Shown here: one piece after another, positions 10,240-21,290 of the stretch
Layout: each line of letters opens with the position of its first letter
Position numbering within the stretch: position 1 is the first letter of the stretch
Source: Alphaproteobacteria bacterium
GTDB lineage: Bacteria > Pseudomonadota > Alphaproteobacteria > UBA828
NCBI GenBank assembly: GCA_963422645.2
Contig: CAXXVO010000009.1
Coordinates: forward strand, 160,001-224,000
DNA length: 64,000 bases
Reading direction: 5' to 3'
The notes under the pieces: generated by a model
The model's database searches: none
Told to the model about the DNA's origin: nothing
The model's input: only the letters and a program-made list of their open reading frames with translations
Program-made: the position numbers and the translations under genes

Positions 10240-10335
10240 CCATGAGCCACTTTGAGCCGCTCGCTTCGGACCACCTTGGGTCACTTTGGACCACTTTGAG
10301 CCACCTTGAGCCGGAATAAGCCGGAATAGGCCGCC
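10240..10335. repeat. Degenerate ~10-bp tandem repeat tract
   Basis: Units GAGCCACTTT / GGACCACCTT / GGGTCACTTT / GGACCACTTT / GAGCCACCTT / GAGCCGGAAT / AAGCCGGAAT. Confidence 0.6.
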
Positions 10336-10437
10336 AAAACATGTTTGGGCTTGTCCGCTCCGGGCCGGCGGCGCTCACCGGTGGCCTGAGGTTAGGCCGA
10401 AGCCTTACAATGGAGCGATCGAACAGGACGGCGGACC

Positions 10438-11475
10438 ATGATCTTTCGCCAGCTCTATCACATGACCTCGGGCACCTATACCTACCTGCTGGGTGGCCGC
10501 GCGGGCGGCGAGGCGCTCATCATCGACCCCGTGCAGGAGCAGGTGGAGCGCTACCTCGCGCTGCTCGACGAGCTCGATCTCAGCCTCGCCAAGGTGGTGG
10601 ATACCCATGTCCACGCCGACCACATCAGCGGCATGCCGGATCTCCGGGACCGCACGAAGTGCGTCACCGTCATAGGCCGGGAGGCACCGGTGGACGTGGT
10701 CTCGATGCGGGTCGGCGACGGCGATCCGGTCGAGATCGAGGGCGTCAGCCTGCGCGCGCTGCACACGCCGGGCCACACGGCCGAGTCCTACAGCTTCGCC
10801 ATGGAGGACCGGGTCTTCACTGGGGATACCCTGCTGATCCGGGGCACCGGCCGCACCGACTTCCAGAACGGCGATCCGCTGCAGCAGTACGACTCGCTCT
10901 TCAACAAGCTGCTCACGCTGCCCGACGAAACGCTGGTCTACCCCGGCCACGACTACAAGGGTGACACGGTCAGCACCATCGGCGAGGAGCGGCGCTTCAA
11001 CCCGCGCCTGCAGGTCGCCTCGCCCGCCGACTATGCGGCGCTGATGAAGGGCCTCAACCTCGCCAACCCCAAGATGATGGACGTGGCGGTGCCGGCGAAC
11101 CTGCGCGTCGGCCGCGGCCAGGCGGACGAGGCGCACCCGGAGTGCGCGATGACCGCGCAGGAAGTCATGCACGGCCAGCGGCCCGACGACATCCTTGTCG
11201 ACCTGCGGGAGGAAGGCGAGCGCGAGCGGGAAGGGGCGATCCCGAATTCCGTTCACGCACCCTACGGCCAGCTCACAGGCATGATCGGCTCGGGCGGGGC
11301 ATTGCGCGCGCTGGCGGCGCGCCCCGGGCATCGGCTGGTCTACTACTGCGCCTTCGGCGAGCGCTCGGCGATGGCGGTCGACGCCTCGCGCGAGAGCGGG
11401 CTGGGGAACGTCTGCCACGTGATCGGCGGCATCGCCGCCTGGCGAGAGGCCGGCGGCACGACCGAAGAGTGCTGA
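10438..11475 (+). CDS. Persulfide dioxygenase (ETHE1-like MBL fold) fused to rhodanese
   Basis: THVHADH, TPGHT, FTGDTLLIRGTGRTDF, YPGHDYKG; C-terminal rhodanese YCAFGERS. Confidence 0.88.
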   Translation: MIFRQLYHMTSGTYTYLLGGRAGGEALIIDPVQEQVERYLALLDELDLSLAKVVDTHVHADHISGMPDLRDRTKCVTVIGREAPVDVVSMRVGDGDPVEIEGVSLRALHTPGHTAESYSFAMEDRVFTGDTLLIRGTGRTDFQNGDPLQQYDSLFNKLLTLPDETLVYPGHDYKGDTVSTIGEERRFNPRLQVASPADYAALMKGLNLANPKMMDVAVPANLRVGRGQADEAHPECAMTAQEVMHGQRPDDILVDLREEGEREREGAIPNSVHAPYGQLTGMIGSGGALRALAARPGHRLVYYCAFGERSAMAVDASRESGLGNVCHVIGGIAAWREAGGTTEEC

Positions 11476-11560
11476 CCCTGCACCGGTATCGGCCGGGACC
11501 TGCGCTTGCCCGCAACCGTCACTCCATGTTTCAGTCCGGCCGGGTCATGGGGGGAGCGGA

Positions 11561-12673
11561 ATGAAGCTCGGCATGTTCATGATGCCGGTGAACGATCACC
11601 GGCGGGACACCCACACGGTGCTCAAGGAGGACGTGGAGATCGCGGTCGCCTGCGATCGCCTCGGCTTCGACGAGTTCTGGATCGGCGAGCACTACACCAC
11701 GCTGAGCGAGCCGGTGACCTGCCCCTTCATGTTCCTCTCCAACCTGATCGCGCGCACCGAGCGCATGAAGCTCGGCACCGGCGTGGTCAACCTGCCCCAG
11801 CGCCACCCGGTGCAGACCGCCGCCCACGCCGCGCTGCTCGACCACCTGAGCGACGGGCGGTTGATCCTGGGCGTGAGCCCCGGCGGGCTGGTCAGCGACT
11901 TCGAGATGTTCGGCGTGACCGACCTCCAGGTTCGCCGTGAGATGGCGGGCGAAGCCATCGAGACCGTGCTCAAGCTCTGGTCCACCGAGCCGCCCTACGA
12001 CATCCGGGGCAAGTACTGGACCCTCAGGCTCGAGGACTATCACTGGCCGGACCTCGGCGTCGGCGCCATGATCAAGCCCTACCAGAAGCCGCATCCGCCG
12101 CTCGTGGCCTCGGCCATGAGCCCGGATTCTGGCGGCGTGCGTTCCGCCGCGGCGCGGGGCTGGGGCGTGATCTCAGCGAATTTCGTGCCGGAGTCCACCA
12201 TCAAGAACCACTGGCAGGGCTTTTCCGACGGCTGCGCGCGGGCCGGCCGCGAGCCCATGCCGGCCGACTGGCGCGTCGCCCGCTCGATCTTCGTTGCCGA
12301 GGACGATGCCTGGGCCAAGGCCTATGTGCGCGACCCCGAGGGGCCCTTCGCCCACTACTACGGCTATTTGGTGACGCTGGTCAGGCGCGCCGCCTTCCAC
12401 GCCATCATGAAGAGCGGGCCTGAGATGGCGGACGAGGACGTGACGCCGGAGTACGCCTGCGACGCCTTCTCCGTCGCTGGCGATCCGGACTCGGTGGCCG
12501 AGCAGATCCTCGCGCTGCGCGAGGAGGTGGGGCCCTTCGGCACCATCCTGATGACGGCGACCGATTGCCTGAACGAGACCCACAAGGCGCACCAGCTCAG
12601 GTCGATGCGGCTCATGGCCGACGAGGTCATACCCAGGCTCCGGCGCGCCCTCGGCGACCGGGCGGCGGCTTAG
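11561..12673 (+). CDS. LLM-class (luciferase-like) flavin-dependent oxidoreductase
   Basis: GFDEFWIGEH, KLGTGVVNLP, LDHLSDGRLILG, KPYQKPHPP. Confidence 0.88.
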   Translation: MKLGMFMMPVNDHRRDTHTVLKEDVEIAVACDRLGFDEFWIGEHYTTLSEPVTCPFMFLSNLIARTERMKLGTGVVNLPQRHPVQTAAHAALLDHLSDGRLILGVSPGGLVSDFEMFGVTDLQVRREMAGEAIETVLKLWSTEPPYDIRGKYWTLRLEDYHWPDLGVGAMIKPYQKPHPPLVASAMSPDSGGVRSAAARGWGVISANFVPESTIKNHWQGFSDGCARAGREPMPADWRVARSIFVAEDDAWAKAYVRDPEGPFAHYYGYLVTLVRRAAFHAIMKSGPEMADEDVTPEYACDAFSVAGDPDSVAEQILALREEVGPFGTILMTATDCLNETHKAHQLRSMRLMADEVIPRLRRALGDRAAA

Positions 12674-12723
12674 GCCGCAGCATCGGCGCCGAACGCGGCC
12701 GGCGCACCGGTCCACCAAGGCAC

Positions 12724-13389
12724 ATGCGGACGCGGGTCAAGATCTGCTGCATCTCGAGCGTCGCTGAGGCGCAAGCCGCCGTTGCCGCCGGCGCCGATGC
12801 CATCGGGCTGGTGTCGGCGATGCCGAGCGGGCCGGGGGTGATCGAGGAGGGTCTGATCGCCGCGATCGCCGCCGCCGCACCGCCGGCCTTGGGGACCTTC
12901 CTGCTCACGTCGAAGCTGGAGCCCGCCGCCATTACCGCCCAGCAGCGCCGCTGCGGGGTCAACACGATCCAGCTCTGCGACGCTCTCGACGCGAGCGCCT
13001 ACCCGGCGCTGAGAGAGGCGTTGCCCGGCATTGCGCTGGTGCAGGTGATTCACGTGCGAAGCGAGAGCGCGGTCGCGGAGGCGCTGGACGTGGCCCCCAT
13101 GGTCGACGGACTGCTGCTCGATTCCGGCAATCCGACCGCCCCGGTGAAGGAGTTGGGCGGCACCGGACGGGTCCACGACTGGGCGCTGAGCCGGCGTATC
13201 GTGGTGGAGGCCCCCTGCCCCGTCTTTCTCGCCGGCGGGCTCAACCCCAACAACGTGACCGAGGCAATACGCCACGTGGGCCCTTACGGGGTCGATCTGT
13301 GCACAGGCGTCCGCACCGAAGGCGCCCTCGATGCCGCGAAGCTCGCCGCCTACATGGGCGCGGTTGCCACGGCGGACGCGGGGCGATGA
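12724..13389 (+). CDS. trpF: Phosphoribosylanthranilate isomerase family, outside a trp operon
   Basis: RVKICCI, LLLDSG, GGTGRVHDW, LAGGLNPNNV, GVDLCTGV. Confidence 0.8.
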   Translation: MRTRVKICCISSVAEAQAAVAAGADAIGLVSAMPSGPGVIEEGLIAAIAAAAPPALGTFLLTSKLEPAAITAQQRRCGVNTIQLCDALDASAYPALREALPGIALVQVIHVRSESAVAEALDVAPMVDGLLLDSGNPTAPVKELGGTGRVHDWALSRRIVVEAPCPVFLAGGLNPNNVTEAIRHVGPYGVDLCTGVRTEGALDAAKLAAYMGAVATADAGR

Positions 13390-13474
13390 CTCCCAAGTTC
13401 GCGCAAAAGCACGTATTGATGGATCAACAGTCACAGTCTCGGCCCCTTGAATGGCCGCTTCGGGGAGATGGACC

Positions 13475-13728
<254 letters not shown>

Positions 13729-13835
13729 TGTTGTTAAGCGTGGAAAAGTGACCCCCTATTGGGGGTGATCGGCGTCCAAAATTGACCCCCTTGGATTTGT
13801 GTCCATGAACACACCTCGTCGTTTGGACGGACGGG

Positions 13836-15362
13836 GTGGTGGGGGAGATGCTGGTTGTGGAAACGATCGCGAAGATCCGTCGGGATCATCTGGTGAAGGG
13901 CGTTCCGATCAAGAAGCTCGCCCGGGATTTGAGGGTTTCCAAGAACACGATACGCAAGGTGGTGCGGGGCGATGCGACCTCGCACAGCTACGAGCGCAAG
14001 ATCCAGCCGATGCCGAAGCTTGGGCTGTGGGTGGAGGAGCTTGAGCGCCAGCTGAAGGCCAACGAGAAGAAGGCACGCAAGGATCGGCTGTCTCTTCTGC
14101 GGATTCATGAAGACCTTGTGTCGCTGGGCTACAAGGGCGGCTATGACGCGGTTCGCCGCTATGCCAGGGCCTGGCGGCGCCGGTGGCGGCTGTTGTCGCC
14201 GGCGCAGGCCTATGTGCCGCTGATCTTCGATCCCGGCGAGGCCTACCAGTTCGACTGGAGCCACGAGTACGCGCGTCTGTCGGGCGCGACGACCAGGGTG
14301 AAGGCGGCGCACATGCGGCTGTGCCACAGCCGGATGTATCTGGTCCAGATCTTTCCCCGCGAGAGCCAGGAGATGGTCTTCGAGGCGCACGAGCGTGCCT
14401 TCCGCTTCTTCGGCGGGGTCTGCCGGCGGGGCATCTACGACAACATGAAGACGGCGGTGAGCACGATCTTCGTGGGCAAGAAGCGGGACTACAACCGCCG
14501 CTTCCAGGAGCTGTGCTCGCACCATCTGGTGGAGCCTGTGGCGTGCACGCCAGGGGCTGGCTGGGAGAAGGGGCAGGTCGAGAAGCAGGTGGGTGACCTT
14601 CGCGGCCGCCTGTTCGTGCCCATCCCGCGGGGCCGCTCCTACGCCGAGATCAACGAGTGGCTGATGGATCGGTGCATCGAGGACGCCAAGAAGCATCCGC
14701 ATCCGACAATCCCGGGCAAGACGGTGTGGCAGGTGTTCGAGGAGGAGCAGCCCTTCCTGATGGCGTATCGCGGCCCCTTCGACGGCTTCCATGCCAGCGA
14801 GGTGTCGGTCTCGAAGACCTGTCTGGTGCGCTTCGACAACAACCAGTACAGCGTCGCGGCCCGCGCCGTCGGCCGGCCGGTGGACGTGCGGGCCTATGCC
14901 GATCGGATCGTCATCCGCCAGGACGGCGAGACCGTTGCCGAGCACCCCCGCAGCTTCGGGCGCGGCCGGTTCGTCTACGATCCGTGGCATTACGTGCCGA
15001 TCCTGACGCGGAAGCCCGGCGCGCTACGCAATGGCGCGCCCTTCAAGGACTGGCAGTTGCCCAACGCGCTCGGCCGCCTGCGAACCCGGCTCGCGGGCCA
15101 CGACGACGGCGACCGGCAGTTCGTCAAGGTGCTCGCGGCGGTGCTGGAGGACGGACTGGAGGCGGTTGAGGCGGCCTGTGCCGAGACGCTCGACTGCGGT
15201 GCCTGCAGCGCCGACGTGGTGCTCAACATCCTCGCCCGGCAGCGCCAGCCGGCACCGCCGGCAATCATCCCGACGCCCGAGGGCCTGCAGCTTCGCCACA
15301 AGCCGGTAGCCGACTGTCAGCGCTACGACAGCCTGAGGGAGGCCGGTCATGGAGCGTCATGA
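13836..15362 (+). CDS. istA: IS21 transposase IstA
   Basis: [26 protein letters not shown]. The start may be the ATG at 13848. Confidence 0.95.
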   Translation: MVGEMLVVETIAKIRRDHLVKGVPIKKLARDLRVSKNTIRKVVRGDATSHSYERKIQPMPKLGLWVEELERQLKANEKKARKDRLSLLRIHEDLVSLGYKGGYDAVRRYARAWRRRWRLLSPAQAYVPLIFDPGEAYQFDWSHEYARLSGATTRVKAAHMRLCHSRMYLVQIFPRESQEMVFEAHERAFRFFGGVCRRGIYDNMKTAVSTIFVGKKRDYNRRFQELCSHHLVEPVACTPGAGWEKGQVEKQVGDLRGRLFVPIPRGRSYAEINEWLMDRCIEDAKKHPHPTIPGKTVWQVFEEEQPFLMAYRGPFDGFHASEVSVSKTCLVRFDNNQYSVAARAVGRPVDVRAYADRIVIRQDGETVAEHPRSFGRGRFVYDPWHYVPILTRKPGALRNGAPFKDWQLPNALGRLRTRLAGHDDGDRQFVKVLAAVLEDGLEAVEAACAETLDCGACSADVVLNILARQRQPAPPAIIPTPEGLQLRHKPVADCQRYDSLREAGHGAS

Positions 15363-16077
15363 TGTGCTGGAGATGATGACCCAGCTGAAGCTCGCAGGTA
15401 TGCGCGCCGCTTACGACGACATCCTTGCCGACGGGCTCAAGCGCCGCCATCCGGTGCAACAGATCATCGGTACGCTGCTGCAGGTCGAGATCGCCGACAA
15501 GAGGGCCCGCTCGATCAAGTACCAGATGGCCTCCGCCAAGCTGCCGACGGTCAAGGAGCTGGCCGACTTCGACTTCGCCGCCTCGCCGGTCAACGAGCCC
15601 CTGATCCAGGAGCTCGCCGGCGGCGGCTTCCTCGAGGGCAAACGCAACATCGTGCTGGTCGGCGGCACCGGTACCGGCAAGACCCATCTCGCCGTCGCCA
15701 TCGCGCGGTCCTGCATCCGCAAGGGCGCGCGCGGCCGGTGCTACAACGTCGTCGACCTGGTCAACCTCCTCGAGGCCGAGCTTCGCGCCGGACGCCAGGG
15801 CCGCACTGCAGACCAGCTCGTCCGCCGCGACTTCGTCATCCTCGACGAGCTCGGCTACCTGCCCTTCGCCCAGGCCGGTGGGCAGCTGCTCTTCCATCTG
15901 ATGAGCCGGCTCTACGAGCGCACCTCGATCGTCATCACCACAAACCTCGCCTTCGGCGAATGGCCATCCGTCTTCGGCGACCCCAAGATGACCACAGCGC
16001 TGCTCGATCGCCTCACCCATCATTGCGAGATCATCGAGACCGGCAACGAGAGCTGGCGCTTCAAGAACCGCTCCTGA
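15349..16077 (+). CDS. istB: IS21 helper ATPase IstB
   Basis: [35 protein letters not shown]. Confidence 0.95.
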   Translation: MERHDVLEMMTQLKLAGMRAAYDDILADGLKRRHPVQQIIGTLLQVEIADKRARSIKYQMASAKLPTVKELADFDFAASPVNEPLIQELAGGGFLEGKRNIVLVGGTGTGKTHLAVAIARSCIRKGARGRCYNVVDLVNLLEAELRAGRQGRTADQLVRRDFVILDELGYLPFAQAGGQLLFHLMSRLYERTSIVITTNLAFGEWPSVFGDPKMTTALLDRLTHHCEIIETGNESWRFKNRS

Positions 16078-16279
16078 CCCGCCGCCGGCCTCCCTTGCGG
16101 CCCGGTTGCCCCGGTGGGCCAACAGGGACCCCCCACGCGGCTTCGCTCCGCGTAGCGCAGGGCGCCACACGAAGCCGCGCGGGTCCCCCCTATTGGCTAC
16201 CGGGACAACCTCCGCCGTGCCACTCAGGGGGGTCAATTTTGCACGCCGATCGGGGGTCAGTATTGAAAGCCGATTGACA

Positions 16280-16446
16280 GTCTCGGCGTCGTCGGGCGAT
16301 TGCGGCCCTTCGTCGGCACGGGGAGACGGCGGGGGAACCGGCGTCTCCTCGGCCTGCGGTCCCTCTTCCTGGGCGGCGGCCGGCAGGGAGAGGAACAGCG
16401 CGAGCGCGGCGAGGAGAAGGCTGCGCCGCAGCGAGGTAAGCGTCAT
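16280..16446 (-). pseudogene. 5' fragment of a secreted protein truncated by IS21, possibly a SLAM-type outer-membrane protein
   Basis: Clear Sec signal MTLTSLRRSLLLAALALFLSLPAAA followed by a Pro-rich linker that ends at the IS21 end. The SLAM identity is inferred only from its position downstream of the lipoprotein. Confidence 0.5.
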
Positions 16447-16478
16447 CGAGGGACCTTGGACTGCGCGCGGAGGGTCGG

Positions 16479-16507
16479 AAAAAGAGGGGCGGCCCGAGGG
16501 CCGCCCC
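16479..16507 (-). terminator. Rho-independent terminator after the lipoprotein gene
   Basis: On the minus strand a GGGGCGGCCC-TC-GGGCCGCCCC hairpin is followed by TCTTTTT. Confidence 0.75.
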
Positions 16508-16539
16508 GTGCACTCCGGTCATCTCCGGTTCGTCAGTTG

Positions 16540-16879
16540 TTACTCGTCCTTTGTCGCGCCGAAGGCGCCGACAACGGCCGTGACTGGGTTTTCGTCAGCG
16601 TCGCTATCATCAGGATCCGCAGTCTCGGCCCAGAACTGCCCGGCCACACCGCTCGGGGCGATAGCATCCCCAGCCGCATCGGCGGCCGGCCCGAAGAACA
16701 TACCGTTCCACATTCCGGTCCAGGACACGCCGTCCGCCGAGCCGGTGGTAGCGGTAGCCCCAATGACCATATCGGTATTTCCATCCTGGGTCGTACCACC
16801 AAAGTCGAATGTGCCCAGCTCGACGACCCAGTCGTTCTCGCCACGACCTTGCGGATTTGCCATGTCCCCGGTATCGGCC
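16540..16879 (-). pseudogene. C-terminal part of a TbpB-like beta-barrel surface lipoprotein, split by IS4
   Basis: WNGMFFGP...PSGVAGQF...VVGAFGATK C-terminus. It joins in frame with 22179-22300 across the 10-bp TSD (GADT|GDMA). Confidence 0.7.
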
Positions 16880-16969
16880 CAATGGCATTCACTTAGCGGT
16901 TTTCGACTGTTCACTTAAGGAGTCGTGTTCTTGCGCTGTCGGTTGCGTGCGTTTCTGTCGTTCAGGTGT

Positions 16970-18472
16970 TCAGGCGACGGCCCGCTTTGCGCGTGCCCAC
17001 TTGCCGCGGGGTTTGCGCGACCTGCGTTCGCAGGACCGGCCGGGGCGCGGGCGCTGACGCGCCTGGTTGATGCAGGAGAGGACATGGCTGAGGGTTTCGG
17101 CGACCATCGCCGTATGGCGCAGCAGCAGCGCTTCGAGGTTGCGCGCGACGGTGGCGAGGCCGTTGCTGAAGTTGGCTTTCATCGCCGGCTTGCCGTCGGC
17201 AGGGCGCTCGGCGTCGAGGCTTGCGTTGCTGCGGTTGGTGAAGAGCCGGGTCATGGCGATGAGGTTGAAGTGGGCGAAGAGCTCCTGGCGGACGCCGCGC
17301 TCGGTCTGGCTGTGGAAGGCCTCGACGGCCATGGCCTGTTTCGAGGTCTTGTAGAGTTCCTCGATTCCCCAGCGCGCGTGATAGAGCTCGGCCAGTTCCG
17401 CGACGCTCCAGGCCTTGGGGTCGAGGAGGGTGGTGGCGAGGATGAAGACCGTGCTGCCGATGCGGTAGCGGACCAGTCGCAGGCGCAGCGGGGTGGCGTC
17501 GACGTGCGGCGTCTTGCGGCGCAGCTTTCTCAGGGTGTCCTTTCCGGGAGCGACGGTGATCGGCGCGTCCGTGCGGCCGTCGGCGATGAAGGCGTCGAGG
17601 GCGGCGCCTGCCTTCTTCTTGATCCGGAACACGGGGTGCAGGCCGCGGGCGACATGGGCGTGCAGCATCTCCCAAGAGTAGTAGCCGCGGTCATAGACCA
17701 CGATGTCGTTGGCCGAGAGCGCCTTGAGGTGGGCGAGGGCGGCCCTTCTTTCGTCGCCGTGCGCGACCAGGTCGAAGTCCACCGGGATGTTCGCGTGCAG
17801 CCGGTAGAGGCAACTCAGCAGGCCCTGCGGGTAGTGGGCCGCCTCGGAGGGCGTGCGGTAGCCGGCCTTGAGCAGCGGCCGCGGCAGGTTGAGCTTGGAG
17901 CCGTCGACCGCGAACACGCGGTGGCCCTTCCAGGCCGGGCCGTCGGCGCGCTTGAGGATCTCGGCGTGCAGCGTCTTGAACACCGCCTCGTCGACCTTGG
18001 CCCGCGCCATGCACATCGCCGAGGCCGAGACCGGCGCCGGCTGCGGCAGTGCGACGCCCAGGACCCGGCACTGCTCCCACAGCCCGGCCAGCGTCGTGGC
18101 GTAGCCCGCGCGGCCGTTCGAGAACGCCAGCCGGAAGATGAAGAGCATGACGAGAAGGGTGTCGAGGACCCGCCGGCGGCTCTGCCACACCCGGTCGTGA
18201 TCGGCGGCCACCGCCGCCAGTGCGCCGATCAGGTCCTGCCACAGCGCCACGAAGGGATCGTCCGGCGCCAGCGCTGCCGGCCGTGTCCTGTTCCCGCGCC
18301 GCGCCGGCCGCGGGCCTTCGAGCAGGATCGAGCGGAAGTCCGGCGTCAGCGGGTAGACGTAGACGCTTTTGCGGGTCTTGCCCTTGCCGCCCCCGGTCTC
18401 GCCGAGACAGCGCCAGTTGGCCGCGCGGTAGCAGGCGCCGTCGAAGAGGCTGGGGTCCACGAAGGTCTCCAC
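16970..18472 (-). pseudogene. 3' part of the DUF4338-IS4 transposase fusion (end of DUF4338 plus IS4 DDE domain)
   Basis: ETFVD...GACYRAANW..LGET (DUF4338 tail), then AVDGS, YDRGY and YHARWGIEELYK (IS4 YREK motif). Confidence 0.85.
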
Positions 18473-18924
18473 GAACGTCACAGACTACTATCTTGCAGGC
18501 TTCCGAGGCTCCTGAGCCCGTTCGCATTCGACGCTACAAGCATCCTTTCGACGGTGAGGCGATCGAGATTCTCGATCGGCGCAAAGGAGGTTACGGGGGC
18601 CGGACTCTGAAGGTTCGGATGCCGGACGGCAGCTGTTGTTGGATACCAGCGGCATGGACGAGCCTTGGAGCCCGTCCCGAGGATGCACCACGCCTGATCG
18701 GAGAGTTGTCTGATTTCCTCACCCTCCTTAATCTTCTGAATGACCTTGATGAGAGGGAACTCAGGCGCGATGGATGCGGAGCAGGAGTTGGCGCTGATCG
18801 CGCTGATGGAGTGGGAGGAGCGCCGGGACCGGTGGCTGGCGTTTCCGGCTCCGGACCGGGATCGCGTCGTGCAGGGTCTGGCCGATCTGATGGTTCGGAT
18901 TGCGGATCGGGAGGCGGCCGATGA
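18473..18924 (+). CDS. DUF5372 (Y4bD/Y4pK)-like accessory ORF, lacking an N-terminal ATG and RBS in the integrated state
   Basis: HPFDG...PDGSCCWIPAAWT motif. The frame is open from the element boundary and its TGA overlaps the recombinase ATG. A possible TTG start lies at 18493. Confidence 0.55.
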
Positions 18925-18961
18925 CGGTCGATCCGTCGAAGATCACCCAGCGTCATCTTGA
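18770..18961 (+). CDS. Small (63 aa) accessory ORF of the recombinase element
   Basis: ATG after GAGAGGGA; helical W...P..DRDRVVQGLADLMVRIA; overlaps the recombinase start. Confidence 0.5.
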   Translation: MDAEQELALIALMEWEERRDRWLAFPAPDRDRVVQGLADLMVRIADREAADDGRSVEDHPASS

Positions 18962-21101
18962 GCGTCTTGCAGTTGTCTACGTTCGCCAGTCGACACCCTT
19001 GCAAGTGAACGCGCACCAGGAATCGCAGCTGCGCCAATACGCGCTTGGCGAGCGTGCCCGGGAGATTGGCTGGCCGGCCGAGCGGATACGGACGATCGAC
19101 GCCGATCTTGGCGAGAGCGCAAGCGAGAAGGCGCGCGGCGAGCGTGGCGGCTTTCGGGAGATGTGCGACCTGATCGCCCGGGACCATGTCGGGGGCATCT
19201 TCGGGATTGAGGTTTCGCGGCTCGCCAGGAACACGATGGAATGGTTTCAGCTTCTCGATCTATGTCGCAGGCACGACACGGTTCTGGTTGAGGACTGCCA
19301 CATCTACTGCCCGAGCCGGGACGACGACTCCCTTGTCCTGGGGATCAAGGGAACCGTGAGCGCCGCTGAGCTGTCTCTTATTCGCGCCCGGATGGAGGGC
19401 GGAAAGCGGAACAAGGCGCTTCGTGGCGAGTTGTACTCGCGCGTTCCGATCGGATTTGTGCGGGATGGCTCGACTTTGCGGAAGGATCCGGATGCCCGGG
19501 TTCAGGCGGCGATTGCAACGGTCTTTGCGCGTTTTCGGCAAGCCGGTTCGGCCCGCCAGGCGACGATGCTGCTGCGTGAGGCGGGCGAGGATGTTCCCTC
19601 TCGCCGGCACCCGGGGGCAGCATTGGAATGGGGCCCGGCGCGCTATGAACGGGTGTACCGCATCCTCACCAACCCGGCGATGGGCGGCGCCTATGCCTAC
19701 GGCTTCAAACGCGGCGTTGGTCACGGTGCGCCGCTGCGGCCGGTCCAGGAGCGCTGGGATATTCTTCAGCCGGAGAAGCATGAGGGATATGTCAGTTGGG
19801 CAGAATGGCTTGAAGTACAGGAGCAGCTGGCCCGCAACCACATGGCTCCGGACGGAGCCCGCGGCGCGGCGCGGGAAGGGTCGGCTCTGCTCCAGGGTCT
19901 CGCGGTCTGCGGCGGCTGCGGATTGCCGATGACCGTCTACTACAGCAAGACGGGCTGGGGGTATGAGTGCCGCAAGCGCGATGCTGCGCGCCGGCGCGGC
20001 GGTTGTTGGTCGACAGGCGGCAAGCGCGTTGATGCGGAAGTTGCCCGTCTGTTTCTCGATGCGGTCACGCCGGCGGGGGTGGAGGCGGCCCGGCAGGCGG
20101 CTTGTGATGTTGCTGAACGCGGCCTGCGCGCGTTGCGCCGTTGGGAGCTGGATCTTGAGCACTGCCGGTACGAGGCGCGGCTTGCCGAGCGGCGCTACAA
20201 GCAGGTCGATCCCGACAACCGTCTGATTGCGGCAACGCTGGAGCGCGAGTGGGAGAAGGCGCTTCGCGCCGAGAAGGCTGCACAGGAAGCGCTTGAGGCG
20301 GCACGGGCGCGTCAGCCCGCGGCCCCTGCCCCGGCGGTTTTCGAGGGTCTCGGCGCGCGCCTGTCGCAGGTCTGGGGGGCGTCGTCGACGACCATGCGCG
20401 AGCGCAAGCGCCTGCTCGCCTGCCTCCTCGACGAGGTGACGATCGAGCTTGCGCGACAGGAGCGTGAGATCATGGCAACATTGCGCTGGCGTGGCGGGCA
20501 GATCGACGAGATCACTTTGCCGATGCTCGCGGGCTCTCCGACACCCCGGCGCGATGAGCGCAGCACGGTCGAGCTCGTGCGCAAGCTGTCATGCTTTTAC
20601 AACGACCGGGAGACCGCGAAGGTTCTCACCCGCCAGGGACGGCGCACAGCACGGGGTCTGGATTTCACGGCCGAGCTTGTTGGCAGCCTGCGTCGCCGCC
20701 ATGGCATTGCGCCCTACCAGCCCGACGGGGACGAGCCGGTGCTCATGGGCGTTGCCGATGTGGCGAAGGAGATCGGAGTCTCGGATGACACCATCTATCG
20801 CTGGATCCGCGAGGGGCTGGTTCCGGTTGCCCAGCCCGATATCGAAGGTGCTCCTCTTCGGATCCGGATGACCCCGACCTTGCGCGAGCGCTTTCGTGAG
20901 GCGCCTCCGGAGGGGTTTGTTCCCCTCGCTGTGGCAATGGATCGTCTGGGTGTCACGCGGCAGACGGTCTGGGAACGGATCAAGGCGGGCAGGCTGGACA
21001 GCTGCCATGTGACCCGCGGCAAGACGCGCGGACTGTATGTGCGTTTGCCGGTCGAGGACGAACTGCCGCTGCTGCGCGGGCTCAACGGTGATGGGGGGTG
21101 A
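18921..21101 (+). CDS. Large serine recombinase (resolvase + recombinase + Zn ribbon + coiled coil + C-terminal HTHs)
   Basis: YVRQST catalytic Ser, EVSRLAR, CGGCG...YEC zinc ribbon, VDPDNRLIAATLE, MerR-like HTH VAKEIGVSDDTIYRWIREG. GGAGG RBS before 18921. Confidence 0.9.
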   Translation: MTVDPSKITQRHLERLAVVYVRQSTPLQVNAHQESQLRQYALGERAREIGWPAERIRTIDADLGESASEKARGERGGFREMCDLIARDHVGGIFGIEVSRLARNTMEWFQLLDLCRRHDTVLVEDCHIYCPSRDDDSLVLGIKGTVSAAELSLIRARMEGGKRNKALRGELYSRVPIGFVRDGSTLRKDPDARVQAAIATVFARFRQAGSARQATMLLREAGEDVPSRRHPGAALEWGPARYERVYRILTNPAMGGAYAYGFKRGVGHGAPLRPVQERWDILQPEKHEGYVSWAEWLEVQEQLARNHMAPDGARGAAREGSALLQGLAVCGGCGLPMTVYYSKTGWGYECRKRDAARRRGGCWSTGGKRVDAEVARLFLDAVTPAGVEAARQAACDVAERGLRALRRWELDLEHCRYEARLAERRYKQVDPDNRLIAATLEREWEKALRAEKAAQEALEAARARQPAAPAPAVFEGLGARLSQVWGASSTTMRERKRLLACLLDEVTIELARQEREIMATLRWRGGQIDEITLPMLAGSPTPRRDERSTVELVRKLSCFYNDRETAKVLTRQGRRTARGLDFTAELVGSLRRRHGIAPYQPDGDEPVLMGVADVAKEIGVSDDTIYRWIREGLVPVAQPDIEGAPLRIRMTPTLRERFREAPPEGFVPLAVAMDRLGVTRQTVWERIKAGRLDSCHVTRGKTRGLYVRLPVEDELPLLRGLNGDGG

Positions 21102-21290
21102 CCATGCCCGGACCGTCAGGCAAAACGCCCGATGCAGATCCGCACCTCCAACGTGCGATACTGGAAAATCACGTCCGGCACGATGTAAAGGTCGCCGCGG
21201 CGGCAACAACGGAATCCAAACCGCCTTTTCTATCAATGCGGTAGAAACGCCCGCCCACCTGCACAACGGAGAAGCATTATGAAGCCTTCA

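Larger units (their letters stand above)
13729..16279 (+). mobile_element. IS21-family element, copy 1 (2551 bp)
   Basis: Ends TGTTGTTAAGCG...GATTGACA with internal (AAA)TTGACCCC repeats, contains istA and istB, and matches 31407..33957. No target duplication. Confidence 0.95.
18473..21290 (+). mobile_element. Large serine recombinase element inserted in the IS4 gene
   Basis: Flanked by the direct repeat TCTCCAC (18466-18472, 21291-21297). Removing it restores the reading RPVLVETFVDP. No terminal inverted repeats seen. Confidence 0.88.

Noticed and set aside
16110-16203. Long hairpin downstream of istB as a novel ncRNA
   Set aside because: It is an internal part of both IS21 copies and most simply a terminator-like or end structure; there is no independent evidence.
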